Source: Candidatus Omnitrophota bacterium (GTDB taxonomy: Bacteria > Omnitrophota > Omnitrophia > Omnitrophales > Aquincolibacteriaceae). From it: DNA of 62,825 nucleotides. Both the position numbers and the translations under genes were made by a program. Positions within the stretch are counted from its first letter, which is position 1. Each line of letters starts with the position of its first letter. Where the stretch lies: assembly GCA_903884815.1 (NCBI GenBank), contig CAISGE010000071.1:1-62825 (forward strand), read 5' to 3'. Of the stretch, positions 1 through 9,219 are shown in pieces. Under the pieces are notes generated by a model. The model did not search any database, was not told the DNA's origin, and saw only the letters and a list, made by a program, of their open reading frames with translations.

Positions 1-171
1 CAAACCACCCTGATCGCATACCCGCCAGGCAAACCCGGAACCACCTTCGCGATCCCCAACGGCGTCACCAACATCGGCAACTCGGCGTTCTGCGGCTGCA
101 CCAACCTCACCAGCGTCACCATTCCCGCCGGCCTCAGCGGCATCTCCGACTCCGTGTCTCTTGAAGGTTAG
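1..171 (+). pseudogene. BspA-type leucine-rich repeat (LRR_5) protein fragment, 5'-truncated by the window edge and ending at a junction with unrelated sequence
   Basis: Frame +1 translates QTTLIAYPPGKPGTTFAIPNGVTNIGNSAFCGCTNLTSVTIPAGLSGISDSVSLEG*. IPxxVTxIGxxAFxGCxxLTSVTIP is the BspA/TpLRR consensus. Too short for the ORF track. Confidence 0.8.
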
Positions 172-1156
172 GAACAAATTCAGAAATCCCACAAATAAAT
201 AATCCGAAAACAAACCACACCAGGACCAGGCGATCAAGCGCCGTCGCTGATTTATTTAAACGCCTGCAGAAAAAATGTACAACCCCCGCAATGCAAAGGA
301 CCGTGAGAATCATCACCAGAAAATAAACAGCCGGGACCGGCCTCGGTATGGGGGGGGAGATGATGGCAGCGCTGATATTTTTTCCGATGAAAGCATAAGC
401 CGCATAAATAAGCCCCGAGAGTAGGCAACTCCCGATGGCGAATAAAAACAGCGCGGCTCTCCGGAACCTCTCCCTCCTGATCAGGAAATAAACAAATTCA
501 AATCCCGTGGCCCAAAGCCCGAAAACAGCATTAAAAGGATGCAGCCACAATGTCAAAGCAGAAGCCAGCATGATCGCCACACGATGTTTTTTATTATCCG
601 GATCTCCTTTAAAAATCAAGGAAATCCACAGAAAAAGAGGCGCGATCCCGTCCATTGGCCGTGAGAATCGCAATAATGTAATTTTAAGGCCGACCCAGGG
701 GCAGTAAAGGAGAAGTAAAAGTAGAAGCAAGGTCCCCGGAGCGCAAACATCCAGGGGATATTTCCATAGTTTCCAGCAACAAAGCGTCAAGACGAGCCAC
801 ATCAAAAGCGGCATCAGGATTTGCCAAGCAGGAAAAAACCATGAAAGCGGGATCTTCGAATATTTGGATAAAAGCCCGACGACTTCAGCTGTGGTGAAAG
901 GAATGATGTGGCGCAGTCCTTGTTCCTCAAAGTAATAGGGATTCCCGTCACAGCGGGGTGTCATCATCCGCCCTTTGGCAATGCTCCAATAGTAAGAGGG
1001 ATCCCCGTCAAACATCACATATTTCCAGGACTTTGAAGCTTCCGCCTCCCGTCCAAAATGGATAAAAAATCCCAAGGTAAAAATAAAAGCGGCGGCCAAA
1101 GCATAAATGACCAGCGGGGAACTAAAAACGGATCTTGACTTACTAAGATTTGTCAT
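134..1156 (-). pseudogene. GT-C-like polytopic membrane protein, C-terminally truncated paralog of 2093..3862
   Basis: Aligns from MTNLSKSRSVFSSP through FVP with 2093..3862, then loses similarity (NLQETRSRRCR*) where it meets the LRR fragment. About 250 aa including the C-terminal soluble domain are missing. Start moved to ATG 1156 by the paralog alignment. Confidence 0.7.
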
Positions 1157-1610
1157 GGGTCTCACGCTTTTTATTTCACATACAAAATAGGATGAACAGA
1201 GATGATCCTTGGAATGCAAGCTTCTGCCACTTGAATAGCCTCCCACGGTAAAAAACCCGCGGCACCAGTTTCATGGTTTTTAAACGAGCAGGAGAGGATC
1301 GCAAAAAGGCTTCCGGACCCTGCGCTCCCCTGTTACCATCGAGTTCGCTGAAACTAAATACGAAACATCCTGCTACTCAAGAAAACAGAAAACGATAATA
1401 TCAGACTCCCCTAAAGCTGTCTTAACGGAGTCCGTCGAAGTTGCGTGAAAAACAAAACCAAGGAACAGGCCTGCACGACAACATTGCAAAAGAATCTCGA
1501 AATACAAAAATCGACGCCGGCCTTCCCCTCAGCTTTCGACTCACCGGGAAACTTTAAAGATTATTGATTCTAGATATGAGCGGATTATGAGAACGCTTGT
1601 AATCTCAACC

Positions 1611-2096
1611 CTAACGAGCCCGACTCTGGCCTCCCCTCACTTTCTCAGTGGAGGGTCGGGACTTCTTATACACCTCACGCCATTTCGCCTCATATTCAGA
1701 CAGTTTCTTCGAGGCCTCCTCAGATTGGCCGCCTGCGAATAAGACTCGCGCAACCATTTCGAGGAACGACAATTGCAGCCGATCCGAGCCGAACAGGGTT
1801 TTCGCATAATCCACGGTCTGATTAAACCCGCGTTCGTTGCCGACAGACACCAAATAGATCAAAACAAATCGATACCCCTCCAGATTACGGGGGGCCTCAT
1901 CCACGATCCTTTGTCCCAGCAATTTCACTTGCTCAAAGTCCCCGCGCGTAACCGCGGCGTCACCTTGGCGAATAAGGCTGTCGATGTTCTCTACGGAAAA
2001 CGCCGGGCAGACCGGGACCAGAAAAAGAATGGTGCAAAGATGGATCCAGGAAAGCGACTTGAAGAAACCCACCCGAGTGAAAAATTTCACCTTCAC
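1611..2096 (-). CDS. Small secreted TPR-like helical protein
   Basis: Hydrophobic N-terminus ending CPAFS, then helical repeats (DSLIRQGDAAVTRGDFEQ...DEAPRNLEGY). Likely GTG start at 2096 overlaps the upstream stop (GTGA), with GGAGG upstream. Confidence 0.55.
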   Translation of the reverse strand: MKVKFFTRVGFFKSLSWIHLCTILFLVPVCPAFSVENIDSLIRQGDAAVTRGDFEQVKLLGQRIVDEAPRNLEGYRFVLIYLVSVGNERGFNQTVDYAKTLFGSDRLQLSFLEMVARVLFAGGQSEEASKKLSEYEAKWREVYKKSRPSTEKVRGGQSRAR

Positions 2097-3862
2097 ATCA
2101 CCCTCCAGAGCAAACATTGTTGGTCCTGATACACCTCAAGCAAATGTCCCTGAAGCTGGCGTTTGATCGCATCATAGAACGGGCTGGGCTTCGGCATCAA
2201 AATGTAATCCAGCCTGAAAACACGGAGCCTTTGCTCGATGGAAAGTCCCTTCCCAAGCGGAGCTTGATCCAACATCCCCAGCAGCAACCCCATAACAAAA
2301 TCCCTCCGATAGCCCTGCGCGGGACTCAAAGGGATCCCTCCGTTAATATAGAAAAAAGATTTCAGGCCTGTCTCAAGGAATAAATACTGACCGAAGCGGG
2401 AATCGGCCGTCGCAGTTAAAACCACCTCGTTTTTTTGCGCATGCCGCTTCAGCCATTGATACCCACCATCAAAAGGAAAATCCCGGTTATAAGAATAAAC
2501 AGGAAATTTCCAGTACCCCACGACAGCCACAAGGAGGATGATGCTCCAAAGAACTTCCTTCCGCAGGACGAACCTCTTCACGAGGTCAAACCTTTCCAAT
2601 ATCCAGAGGAAAAAGATCAGCACGAGAAAATACTGCGAGACATAAATAAAATAAATCTCGCTATTTAATGCAAAAATATTTTTCCTGGTGATCCCCGTAA
2701 AAAGAAGGAACGCTGCCGCCACGGACATGAAAACGACGCTGAATTTAGAAAAAAGACGCACTTCTTTTAAGGCGCAAAGTTTCTCATGGATCCATCCTGC
2801 CATCGAAAAGATCATGATGACCGAAAAGTAAAGTAAGTGGCTACGGATATCCGAAATCGCAGGCATAAAAATCGGCGGCACAAACGTGCAAACACCAAAA
2901 ACAAATAATCCAAAAAAGGACCACTCCAGAACCAGGCGGTCGAGGGCGGTCACGGACCTCTTTAAACGGCTGCAAAGGAACAGCACGACCCCCGCCACGC
3001 AAAGGGCCATAAGAACTGGTATCAAAAAATAAAAACCGGGGACCGGCATAAGCTTAGGGGGGTTGAGAACAACGAATTTTAAATTTTTTCCGAAAAAAGC
3101 ATACCCCGCATAAATAAGGCCTGACAGCAAGCAACTCCCCGTCGCGAATAAAGACAGCGCGGTTCTCCGGAACCTCTCCCCCCTTATCAGGGAAAAAACA
3201 TATTCAAGGCCCGTAACCCAAAGCCCGAAAACAGCATAAAAAGGCTGCAGCCATAATGTCAAAGCTGAAGCCAGCACGATCGCGACACGGTGTTTTTGAT
3301 TGTCCGGATCCCCCCTGAAGATTAGAGAAATCCAAAGAAAAAGGGGCGCGATCCCGTCCATCGGCCGTGAGAATCGCAGCAGGATCATCTGAATGCCGGG
3401 CCAGGGGCAGTAGAGCAGAAGCAAAAGAAGGAGCAAGGTCCCCGGGGCGCAAATATCCAATGGGTATTTCCAAAATTTCCAGCAGCAAAGCGTCAGGACA
3501 AGCCACATCAAAAGCGGCGTCAGAATTTGCCACACAGGGAAAAACCAGGAAAGCGGGATCTTCGTGTATTTAGATAGAAGTCCGATGATTTCTGCAGTGG
3601 TGAAAGGAATAACATGACGCAGCCCCTGCTCCTCATAATAAAAAGGATCGCCATCGCAGCGAGGCGTCATCATCCGACCTTTGGCGATACTCCAGTAATA
3701 AAGAGGGTCCCCGTCCGGCATCACATATCGCCAGGACTTTGAGGCCTGCGCCTCCCGCCCAAAATGGATAAAAAATCCCAAGGTAAAAATAAAGGCAGCG
3801 GCCAAAGCATAAATGACCCATGGGGAACTAAAAACGGATCTCGATTTAGTAAGATTTGTCAT
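2093..3862 (-). CDS. GT-C-superfamily-like membrane glycosyltransferase (STT3/PMT-like topology)
   Basis: Many TM helices; acidic DGDPLYY in the first external loop; C-terminal soluble domain GYQWLKRHAQKNEVVLT...LDYILM typical of GT-C C-termini. Confidence 0.6.
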   Translation of the reverse strand: MTNLTKSRSVFSSPWVIYALAAAFIFTLGFFIHFGREAQASKSWRYVMPDGDPLYYWSIAKGRMMTPRCDGDPFYYEEQGLRHVIPFTTAEIIGLLSKYTKIPLSWFFPVWQILTPLLMWLVLTLCCWKFWKYPLDICAPGTLLLLLLLLYCPWPGIQMILLRFSRPMDGIAPLFLWISLIFRGDPDNQKHRVAIVLASALTLWLQPFYAVFGLWVTGLEYVFSLIRGERFRRTALSLFATGSCLLSGLIYAGYAFFGKNLKFVVLNPPKLMPVPGFYFLIPVLMALCVAGVVLFLCSRLKRSVTALDRLVLEWSFFGLFVFGVCTFVPPIFMPAISDIRSHLLYFSVIMIFSMAGWIHEKLCALKEVRLFSKFSVVFMSVAAAFLLFTGITRKNIFALNSEIYFIYVSQYFLVLIFFLWILERFDLVKRFVLRKEVLWSIILLVAVVGYWKFPVYSYNRDFPFDGGYQWLKRHAQKNEVVLTATADSRFGQYLFLETGLKSFFYINGGIPLSPAQGYRRDFVMGLLLGMLDQAPLGKGLSIEQRLRVFRLDYILMPKPSPFYDAIKRQLQGHLLEVYQDQQCLLWRVM

Positions 3863-4144
3863 GGGTTTCGCACGATTTCGATGGACACTTCCCGAGCGTT
3901 TAATCGGCACTCGAACAGTAATTCACTAAGAGTAGTTTCATAAGTATCCGTAACCCCGCAAGTTGTCAGTCATTCCGATAGACTCACCGAAAACTCTTGT
4001 CATGTCTAGATAGACCGTCGCAACTTGAAAGTCCGAGAAAATTCTCAGGGTAAAAAAGCACCCTGTCCTTAGAGCTGCCGAGGGAGACAAATGGGAATGG
4101 CTGCCAAACTTCGCTGGACCGTTTTTCGGAAGGTGTCTTACCCT

Positions 4145-5089
4145 TCATTTTCGGGAGGGGTCGTTCCGAAAAACACTCTTCACAAGATATTTCGGCCGCT
4201 GCTTCACTTCTTCAAATATTTTCCCAATGTATTGGCCCAGCACGCTGATGCCCAGCAACTGGATCGACCCGATGAATAAAACCACGATGATCGTGGTCGT
4301 GACTCCGCGCGGCGCCATGCTGGGCCACAAGAGCCTGAGCATGATCTGGAGGATCATCCCCAGGACGGCCAGAACAAACACAAGGGCTGAAAAAAAAGAC
4401 ATTAGCTCGAGCGGAATGTAGGAGAAAGAGAATATCCCTTTCGTTGCCCAATTCATGTTTTTCCAAAGATTATTCGTGGTTTTGCCGAACATGCGTTCCG
4501 GTCTGAGATAATCAACACCCGTCTGCTTAAAACCTGTCCAGGCTCGCAGCCCGCGTAGAAAACGATCCCTTTCGGGAAAGGACTTCATGACATCTACCAC
4601 TTTTCTGTCCATTAATGAAAAATCACCTGCGTTCAGGGGGATCCGCACATAAGAAAGTTTATGGAAAATAAAATAGAACGCCTTGTACGCTGCTTGCATC
4701 ATCAAAGGGGCTTCCCTCTTCGTCCGGACACCATAGACCACATCAAAGCCCTGGTTCCATTTTCCGTAAAATTGTTCGATCAACTCGGGCGGGTCCTGAA
4801 GATCCCCGTCCAGCAATACGACGGCATCCCCTGTCGCGATGTCCATCCCGCTGGTAAAGGCCATTTGTGAGCTGAAATTGCGGGAATGATTCACGGCGAT
4901 CACATGGCCGTCCTTTTGAACCAGCCCCGCCAAAAGCGTTTCCGTGTTATCCGGGCTTCCGTCATTGACAAAGATGATCTCGTAATCCACACCGATCTTG
5001 ACGAACGTTTCCGTCAACCTCCGGTACATGTGGGGAATCGCCTGTTCGTCTTTGTAGCATGCGATCACCGCAGAAATTTTCTTAACCAT
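4145..5089 (-). CDS. GT2 polyprenol-phosphate glycosyltransferase (GtrB/ArnC-like)
   Basis: FVNDGSPD, SRNFS, LDGDLQDPPE, GDFSLMDR, two C-terminal TMs and YIGKIFEEVKQRP. Confidence 0.9.
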   Translation of the reverse strand: MVKKISAVIACYKDEQAIPHMYRRLTETFVKIGVDYEIIFVNDGSPDNTETLLAGLVQKDGHVIAVNHSRNFSSQMAFTSGMDIATGDAVVLLDGDLQDPPELIEQFYGKWNQGFDVVYGVRTKREAPLMMQAAYKAFYFIFHKLSYVRIPLNAGDFSLMDRKVVDVMKSFPERDRFLRGLRAWTGFKQTGVDYLRPERMFGKTTNNLWKNMNWATKGIFSFSYIPLELMSFFSALVFVLAVLGMILQIMLRLLWPSMAPRGVTTTIIVVLFIGSIQLLGISVLGQYIGKIFEEVKQRPKYLVKSVFRNDPSRK

Positions 5090-5117
5090 GAGAGCCGCTC
5101 CTTAAGATAGTGCGAAG

Positions 5118-5621
5118 TTATTTTCTCAAATTCACGTAATAAGGCTGATCGTTCTCGATCATCTCTGCAATAAGATCCGGGATATCCTCCGGTGTTTTCG
5201 GCCACCGGGAACGGATGTTCTTGCAGATCCTCATGAGGGCCTTATCCTCCGGCGCCCAATGGGAGATCCCGTCGTGGGCATAATCATAATCCCTTCCGGC
5301 TCCAACCAGCTTCACCGGAATTTTTTCGCTGTGGATATAATTCCGTATTGTTTCAAAAGGTCGGTAGAGCAAGAAAGTGGTGATCGAGTAAACAAACGGG
5401 ATCTTCCCTTCCAAGGCCAACCCGACCCCCGCCCCCACCATCAGCTGCTCGGCAGCACCGACATTGATAAACCGTCCGGGATAATCTTTCCTGATCGGAT
5501 CCCACATTTTATAACCCAGATCCCCCGTCACCACCCATATTTTCCGGTTTTTCCGCATTTGGTCATGGAGGGTATCGGCAAAGATCCGGCGCATTCTGAT
5601 CATGGATGCAGGCTGTTTCAT
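5118..5621 (-). CDS. Transketolase-like pyrimidine-binding subunit (short form, no C-terminal domain)
   Basis: TGDLG, RFINVGAAEQLMVG, RPFETIR, GISHWAPED; ends PYYVNLRK at 167 aa. Confidence 0.85.
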   Translation of the reverse strand: MKQPASMIRMRRIFADTLHDQMRKNRKIWVVTGDLGYKMWDPIRKDYPGRFINVGAAEQLMVGAGVGLALEGKIPFVYSITTFLLYRPFETIRNYIHSEKIPVKLVGAGRDYDYAHDGISHWAPEDKALMRICKNIRSRWPKTPEDIPDLIAEMIENDQPYYVNLRK

Positions 5622-6340
5622 TTCAAAAGGTCCCTCGCCATTTCATATTCGGCCTCTGTCATCACATGATAGTGGGCATCCTGTCCCTTAAGGAACGGGA
5701 ACGACTCAGCATTGGTGTCGGCAAAAATCACAAGAGGCTGGCACCCCGAGCTCGACTTGAATGCCCGGCACAGTTTCTCGGGATCATGTCCCTCCACCTT
5801 TTTTAAACAACAACCGAACCCTCTCAACCTCTTTAAGAGTAACGACAAAGAAACAGGGTCATAGGCCCCCCAACCGTTCGCATTTACAATGATCTTTAAA
5901 TTGCTCAATTTCTGGTCGACCGCGACCCGAAGAGCTTCCCAGATACTGCCCTCCGCACACTCCCCGTCAGAGATGAGGCAATAAACATTTTTTCTTCTGT
6001 CGGCCAAAGCCATCCCCACCGCGATCGGAAGCCCCTGTCCGAGGCTTCCCGTTGAAACATCGATCCCCTTTCCAGGATCTCTGTCCGGATGTATATGAAG
6101 GCGTTCCGCATCCGCAGCCTTCAGAAGTCCGCATCTCACAAGAACCGCAAAAAGAGCAATCCCGGCATGTCCGCAGGAAAGAACAAACCGTTCCCGTTTC
6201 TTTTTAACCTTGTACACCGCAGCAAGGATATCTACGGCACTCAGGCAGGACCCCAAGTGGGAAAGATGATGCCGGTGACTGAATTCAAGGATCCAGAGCC
6301 TTAAGGCTTTTTGTTCACGATTAACTTTCATAGTGCTCAT
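5618..6340 (-). CDS. Transketolase-like N-terminal ThDP-binding subunit
   Basis: SHLGSCLS, LSCGHA, STGSLGQGL, SDGECAEGSIWEA...N ThDP motif. Start placed at the ATG 6340 (ATGA overlap). Confidence 0.9.
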   Translation of the reverse strand: MSTMKVNREQKALRLWILEFSHRHHLSHLGSCLSAVDILAAVYKVKKKRERFVLSCGHAGIALFAVLVRCGLLKAADAERLHIHPDRDPGKGIDVSTGSLGQGLPIAVGMALADRRKNVYCLISDGECAEGSIWEALRVAVDQKLSNLKIIVNANGWGAYDPVSLSLLLKRLRGFGCCLKKVEGHDPEKLCRAFKSSSGCQPLVIFADTNAESFPFLKGQDAHYHVMTEAEYEMARDLLK

Positions 6341-7245
6341 TTTTTGACTGCGACCATGCAAAGATTCCCAAGCTTGACGCGCAATCCACGACTCAAAAAA
6401 CGCCCCCACCATCCCTCCCGGCTCCCTAAAAACTTCATTTTGATCCGGTTGAAAAAAGGAAGGAGCAAAAGAACATGCCTAAGTGAAACGATATTGAAGG
6501 GCAAAAACATTTTAACAGGCAGAAAGCTGTTCTGCCTGAAGATTTTACCCATCGTAGCCTTGCTAAAAAGAGAGTAATGACCGATATCAATGATCGGACT
6601 TCTTTCCCTGAGGATCTTCGCCTGCAAGCTTTCCGCGTCGTGATTGAACGCCACAATAAAAGCTCCAGGGAGAAGCAGGTCATGACAGATCTTCAAGAAA
6701 GAATTCGGATCCGACATATGCTCAAGTACCTGAAAAAAACAGATTAGGTCAAATGTTCCAGGCTTGTAAGTCGCAGGGCCGAGCACGTCGACCGTGATCT
6801 TATCACGGATGAGAGGGTCGCTTTTAGCCGCGGCCTCCATACTAGGTTCCACGCCAGAAACATTAACATAGCCCTTGTCATAAAGCGCCTTCAGAAGAAA
6901 TCCGTTCCCGCAACCGACCTCCAGGATCCTCGCGTCCTTCGAAAGCTGCCGTAAAACAGGCTCCAGCGCCTCCAGATAGGTCGCGACCAGATTTTCCGTC
7001 TCATGAGCATAGGTGAATTTGCTTTGTTTGTAGAGCTCATTAATGAACGACTCCTCAGGGACCGGATTCGAGCGGAGCATGCCGTCTTGCTTGCAGCGCA
7101 CGATCTGGTAGTGAATGCGGTCGGGCATCTTCCGGGCAGAATAAACGTCCGCGCTCAGGTCCGCCGCCTCAAAGTTCTTGGGGTACAAGACCTCATAATC
7201 TTCCAAGGACAAACAAATGGGACAGCGGGTCTTCGTAAATCTCAT
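6337..7245 (-). CDS. Class I SAM-dependent methyltransferase with N-terminal Cys motif
   Basis: CPIC..., ILEVGCGNG, FQVLEH. Start likely MRFTKTRCPIC. Confidence 0.85.
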   Translation of the reverse strand: MRFTKTRCPICLSLEDYEVLYPKNFEAADLSADVYSARKMPDRIHYQIVRCKQDGMLRSNPVPEESFINELYKQSKFTYAHETENLVATYLEALEPVLRQLSKDARILEVGCGNGFLLKALYDKGYVNVSGVEPSMEAAAKSDPLIRDKITVDVLGPATYKPGTFDLICFFQVLEHMSDPNSFLKICHDLLLPGAFIVAFNHDAESLQAKILRERSPIIDIGHYSLFSKATMGKIFRQNSFLPVKMFLPFNIVSLRHVLLLLPFFNRIKMKFLGSREGWWGRFLSRGLRVKLGNLCMVAVKK

Positions 7246-7255
7246 AGTTTTAAAT

Positions 7256-9181
7256 TCATCCAATCTCGTTATTAGAAATGATGAGGACGAATGGGTAAGG
7301 CACTCCATTACGAGCACGAGGACGCACCATCACCTCACCATAAGTGAGCGCATCATGTCGAGGCATCGCTAGATAATACCCCTCCAACAGTTGCGTGTCT
7401 AAAAAACCCACCATATCTTTCATGAATAACATGGCGGGAATACCGCTAGGGCTTTGTGGCACATAACCGCTCTCGTGATAATAGTATGCCTCAAGGCCAC
7501 TGACAAACGTTACTTTGGGATTAAACCGGGTGAGTTCTTTAATAAGCGTTGTATTGGAGCGAAGAAGCTGCTCGACTCCGTGATCACGACCGCACATTTC
7601 ATGCGCCATGAAATTAGCGGCCTGTTCCCGGAGTCTTTCGGGCGCTTTGCCGGCATAGACAAAACTTATGGCGCCGATAAAGACCACTGCGAGTAGCGGC
7701 AAGATCCATCTCGCGGGTTTCCAGGAAAACGATCTCTCGAACTCTGAATGAACCAGATCAAACAAAAGAAAAAAGCAAAGCAGAAGAATGCTGGAAATAT
7801 TGATAATGTTGTTTACATGGCTACGGCCAAAGAAGTACAGGGAATTTCCGATCGCGAGCAGGATCAAAAAAACGACAGCCCGGAAGTGGCGCGCCGAAAG
7901 GAAGGAACGGTTTCTCCAGTGGTAGATAAAAAAAACGCTCAGCATCACCGGCACATACCAATAAAAGGACTGCCTGAGGACCGGAAGGAATCCGATGCCA
8001 TGCTGCCGGTAAAGCGATGCAGTTGATTGGCCGAAGGCAAAGAACAACTGATAAATGAGAAAAGAGGCACCTAGGAGAACGAAATTCTTCGCGTAAAGCA
8101 TGACGTAGTTCCGCGAAACCGTGCTCAAAGGATCCTTTTTCGATAACACGTCCATGCAATAGAAGAATAGAACAAGAAGCGCATAGGCCAGCGTATAGAT
8201 CACGCCAAATGCGTGATGAAAGATCAATAAGAGACCTAGCACCAATCCCGTCAGCCAGTGGGCATCTCCCTTAAAATAAACAGAAAGCAGAACAACAAAC
8301 CACCAATCAAGTCTCAAAGGGGTCACTTGAAAGCACACGATAATATCCGCAATATTCCCGTACATCCTAACAAGAACAGCACTGATCAACAAGTAAAGCG
8401 CATAGCATTTGTGAGTGAAAAAGCGGCTCCCAAAAAGGTAGAGGCCCATAAAAAAAGCATAAACTGAAATCTGGCCGACTATACTGAAAGAATAGATCGA
8501 GAATCCAAGCTTCATCCACAGGACCGCAAGGAGTGACAACAAATGATCGTACTGAAAACCGGTTTGATTGAGTGGAAACCCGTGAAGGATCCGCATAGCC
8601 GGAAAAAGAATGTAATCGTAATCTTCACCCGAATAATGAGCGGAAGCGACCATGCATGCCGGAAATAGAAACAGCCCAAGAATGATCGAAAGGACGCAGC
8701 GATTCTTGAGAAGCTGAGTCAAAAGAATCGTGATCCCCAGAACGGAAAGCATGAAATACATGGCGGGAGAATCATGAAAGAGAGACCGCGAATATTCCGC
8801 CATGGGCGGGGTAAACCCGACCGTCCGGAAAAACAAAAGACATGGCAATGCCGAAAAAATCAAAAAGCTTCGCCGCAACGAAGGAACAGAGATTGTGCTT
8901 ATGAGGCGGTAAAGCAAAAAGGTTATCGCGATAATGAGGTAGACGAGGCCATAAAGAACATAGAGCTGCATGCCATTACGCGGCTCCATAATATAGAGAC
9001 GCTTTGCGGGCGTATAATCACCCAGGGGGCATGTCGTGTTCAACGACCAGATGAACGGGGCAAAAAGATAAAAAAGCTGGTAGGCAACAGCCGTGACAAA
9101 GCCTGCCAGAACAAGCGGTGCGAAAAGTGACGCGAGAGAAGAAAAAGTAGATTTTTTCATTAAATCAAACGGTCGCAACAT
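7256..9181 (-). CDS. GT-C-like polytopic membrane protein (paralog of 9220..11160)
   Basis: Many TMs; EDYDYILFPA...FQYD loop; near-identical core to the upstream gene. Confidence 0.55.
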   Translation of the reverse strand: MLRPFDLMKKSTFSSLASLFAPLVLAGFVTAVAYQLFYLFAPFIWSLNTTCPLGDYTPAKRLYIMEPRNGMQLYVLYGLVYLIIAITFLLYRLISTISVPSLRRSFLIFSALPCLLFFRTVGFTPPMAEYSRSLFHDSPAMYFMLSVLGITILLTQLLKNRCVLSIILGLFLFPACMVASAHYSGEDYDYILFPAMRILHGFPLNQTGFQYDHLLSLLAVLWMKLGFSIYSFSIVGQISVYAFFMGLYLFGSRFFTHKCYALYLLISAVLVRMYGNIADIIVCFQVTPLRLDWWFVVLLSVYFKGDAHWLTGLVLGLLLIFHHAFGVIYTLAYALLVLFFYCMDVLSKKDPLSTVSRNYVMLYAKNFVLLGASFLIYQLFFAFGQSTASLYRQHGIGFLPVLRQSFYWYVPVMLSVFFIYHWRNRSFLSARHFRAVVFLILLAIGNSLYFFGRSHVNNIINISSILLLCFFLLFDLVHSEFERSFSWKPARWILPLLAVVFIGAISFVYAGKAPERLREQAANFMAHEMCGRDHGVEQLLRSNTTLIKELTRFNPKVTFVSGLEAYYYHESGYVPQSPSGIPAMLFMKDMVGFLDTQLLEGYYLAMPRHDALTYGEVMVRPRARNGVPYPFVLIISNNEIG

Positions 9182-9219
9182 TGACGAGCCTTCATATAAA
9201 GGAAAAGGGCAACACGAGA

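Noticed and set aside
1538-4012. Shared GACTCACCG...TCTAGATA words upstream of the two GT-C-like paralogs (1538-1576, 3981-4012)
   Set aside because: Spacing differs by 7 nt; this may just be a duplication remnant or chance, and is too weak to call a site.
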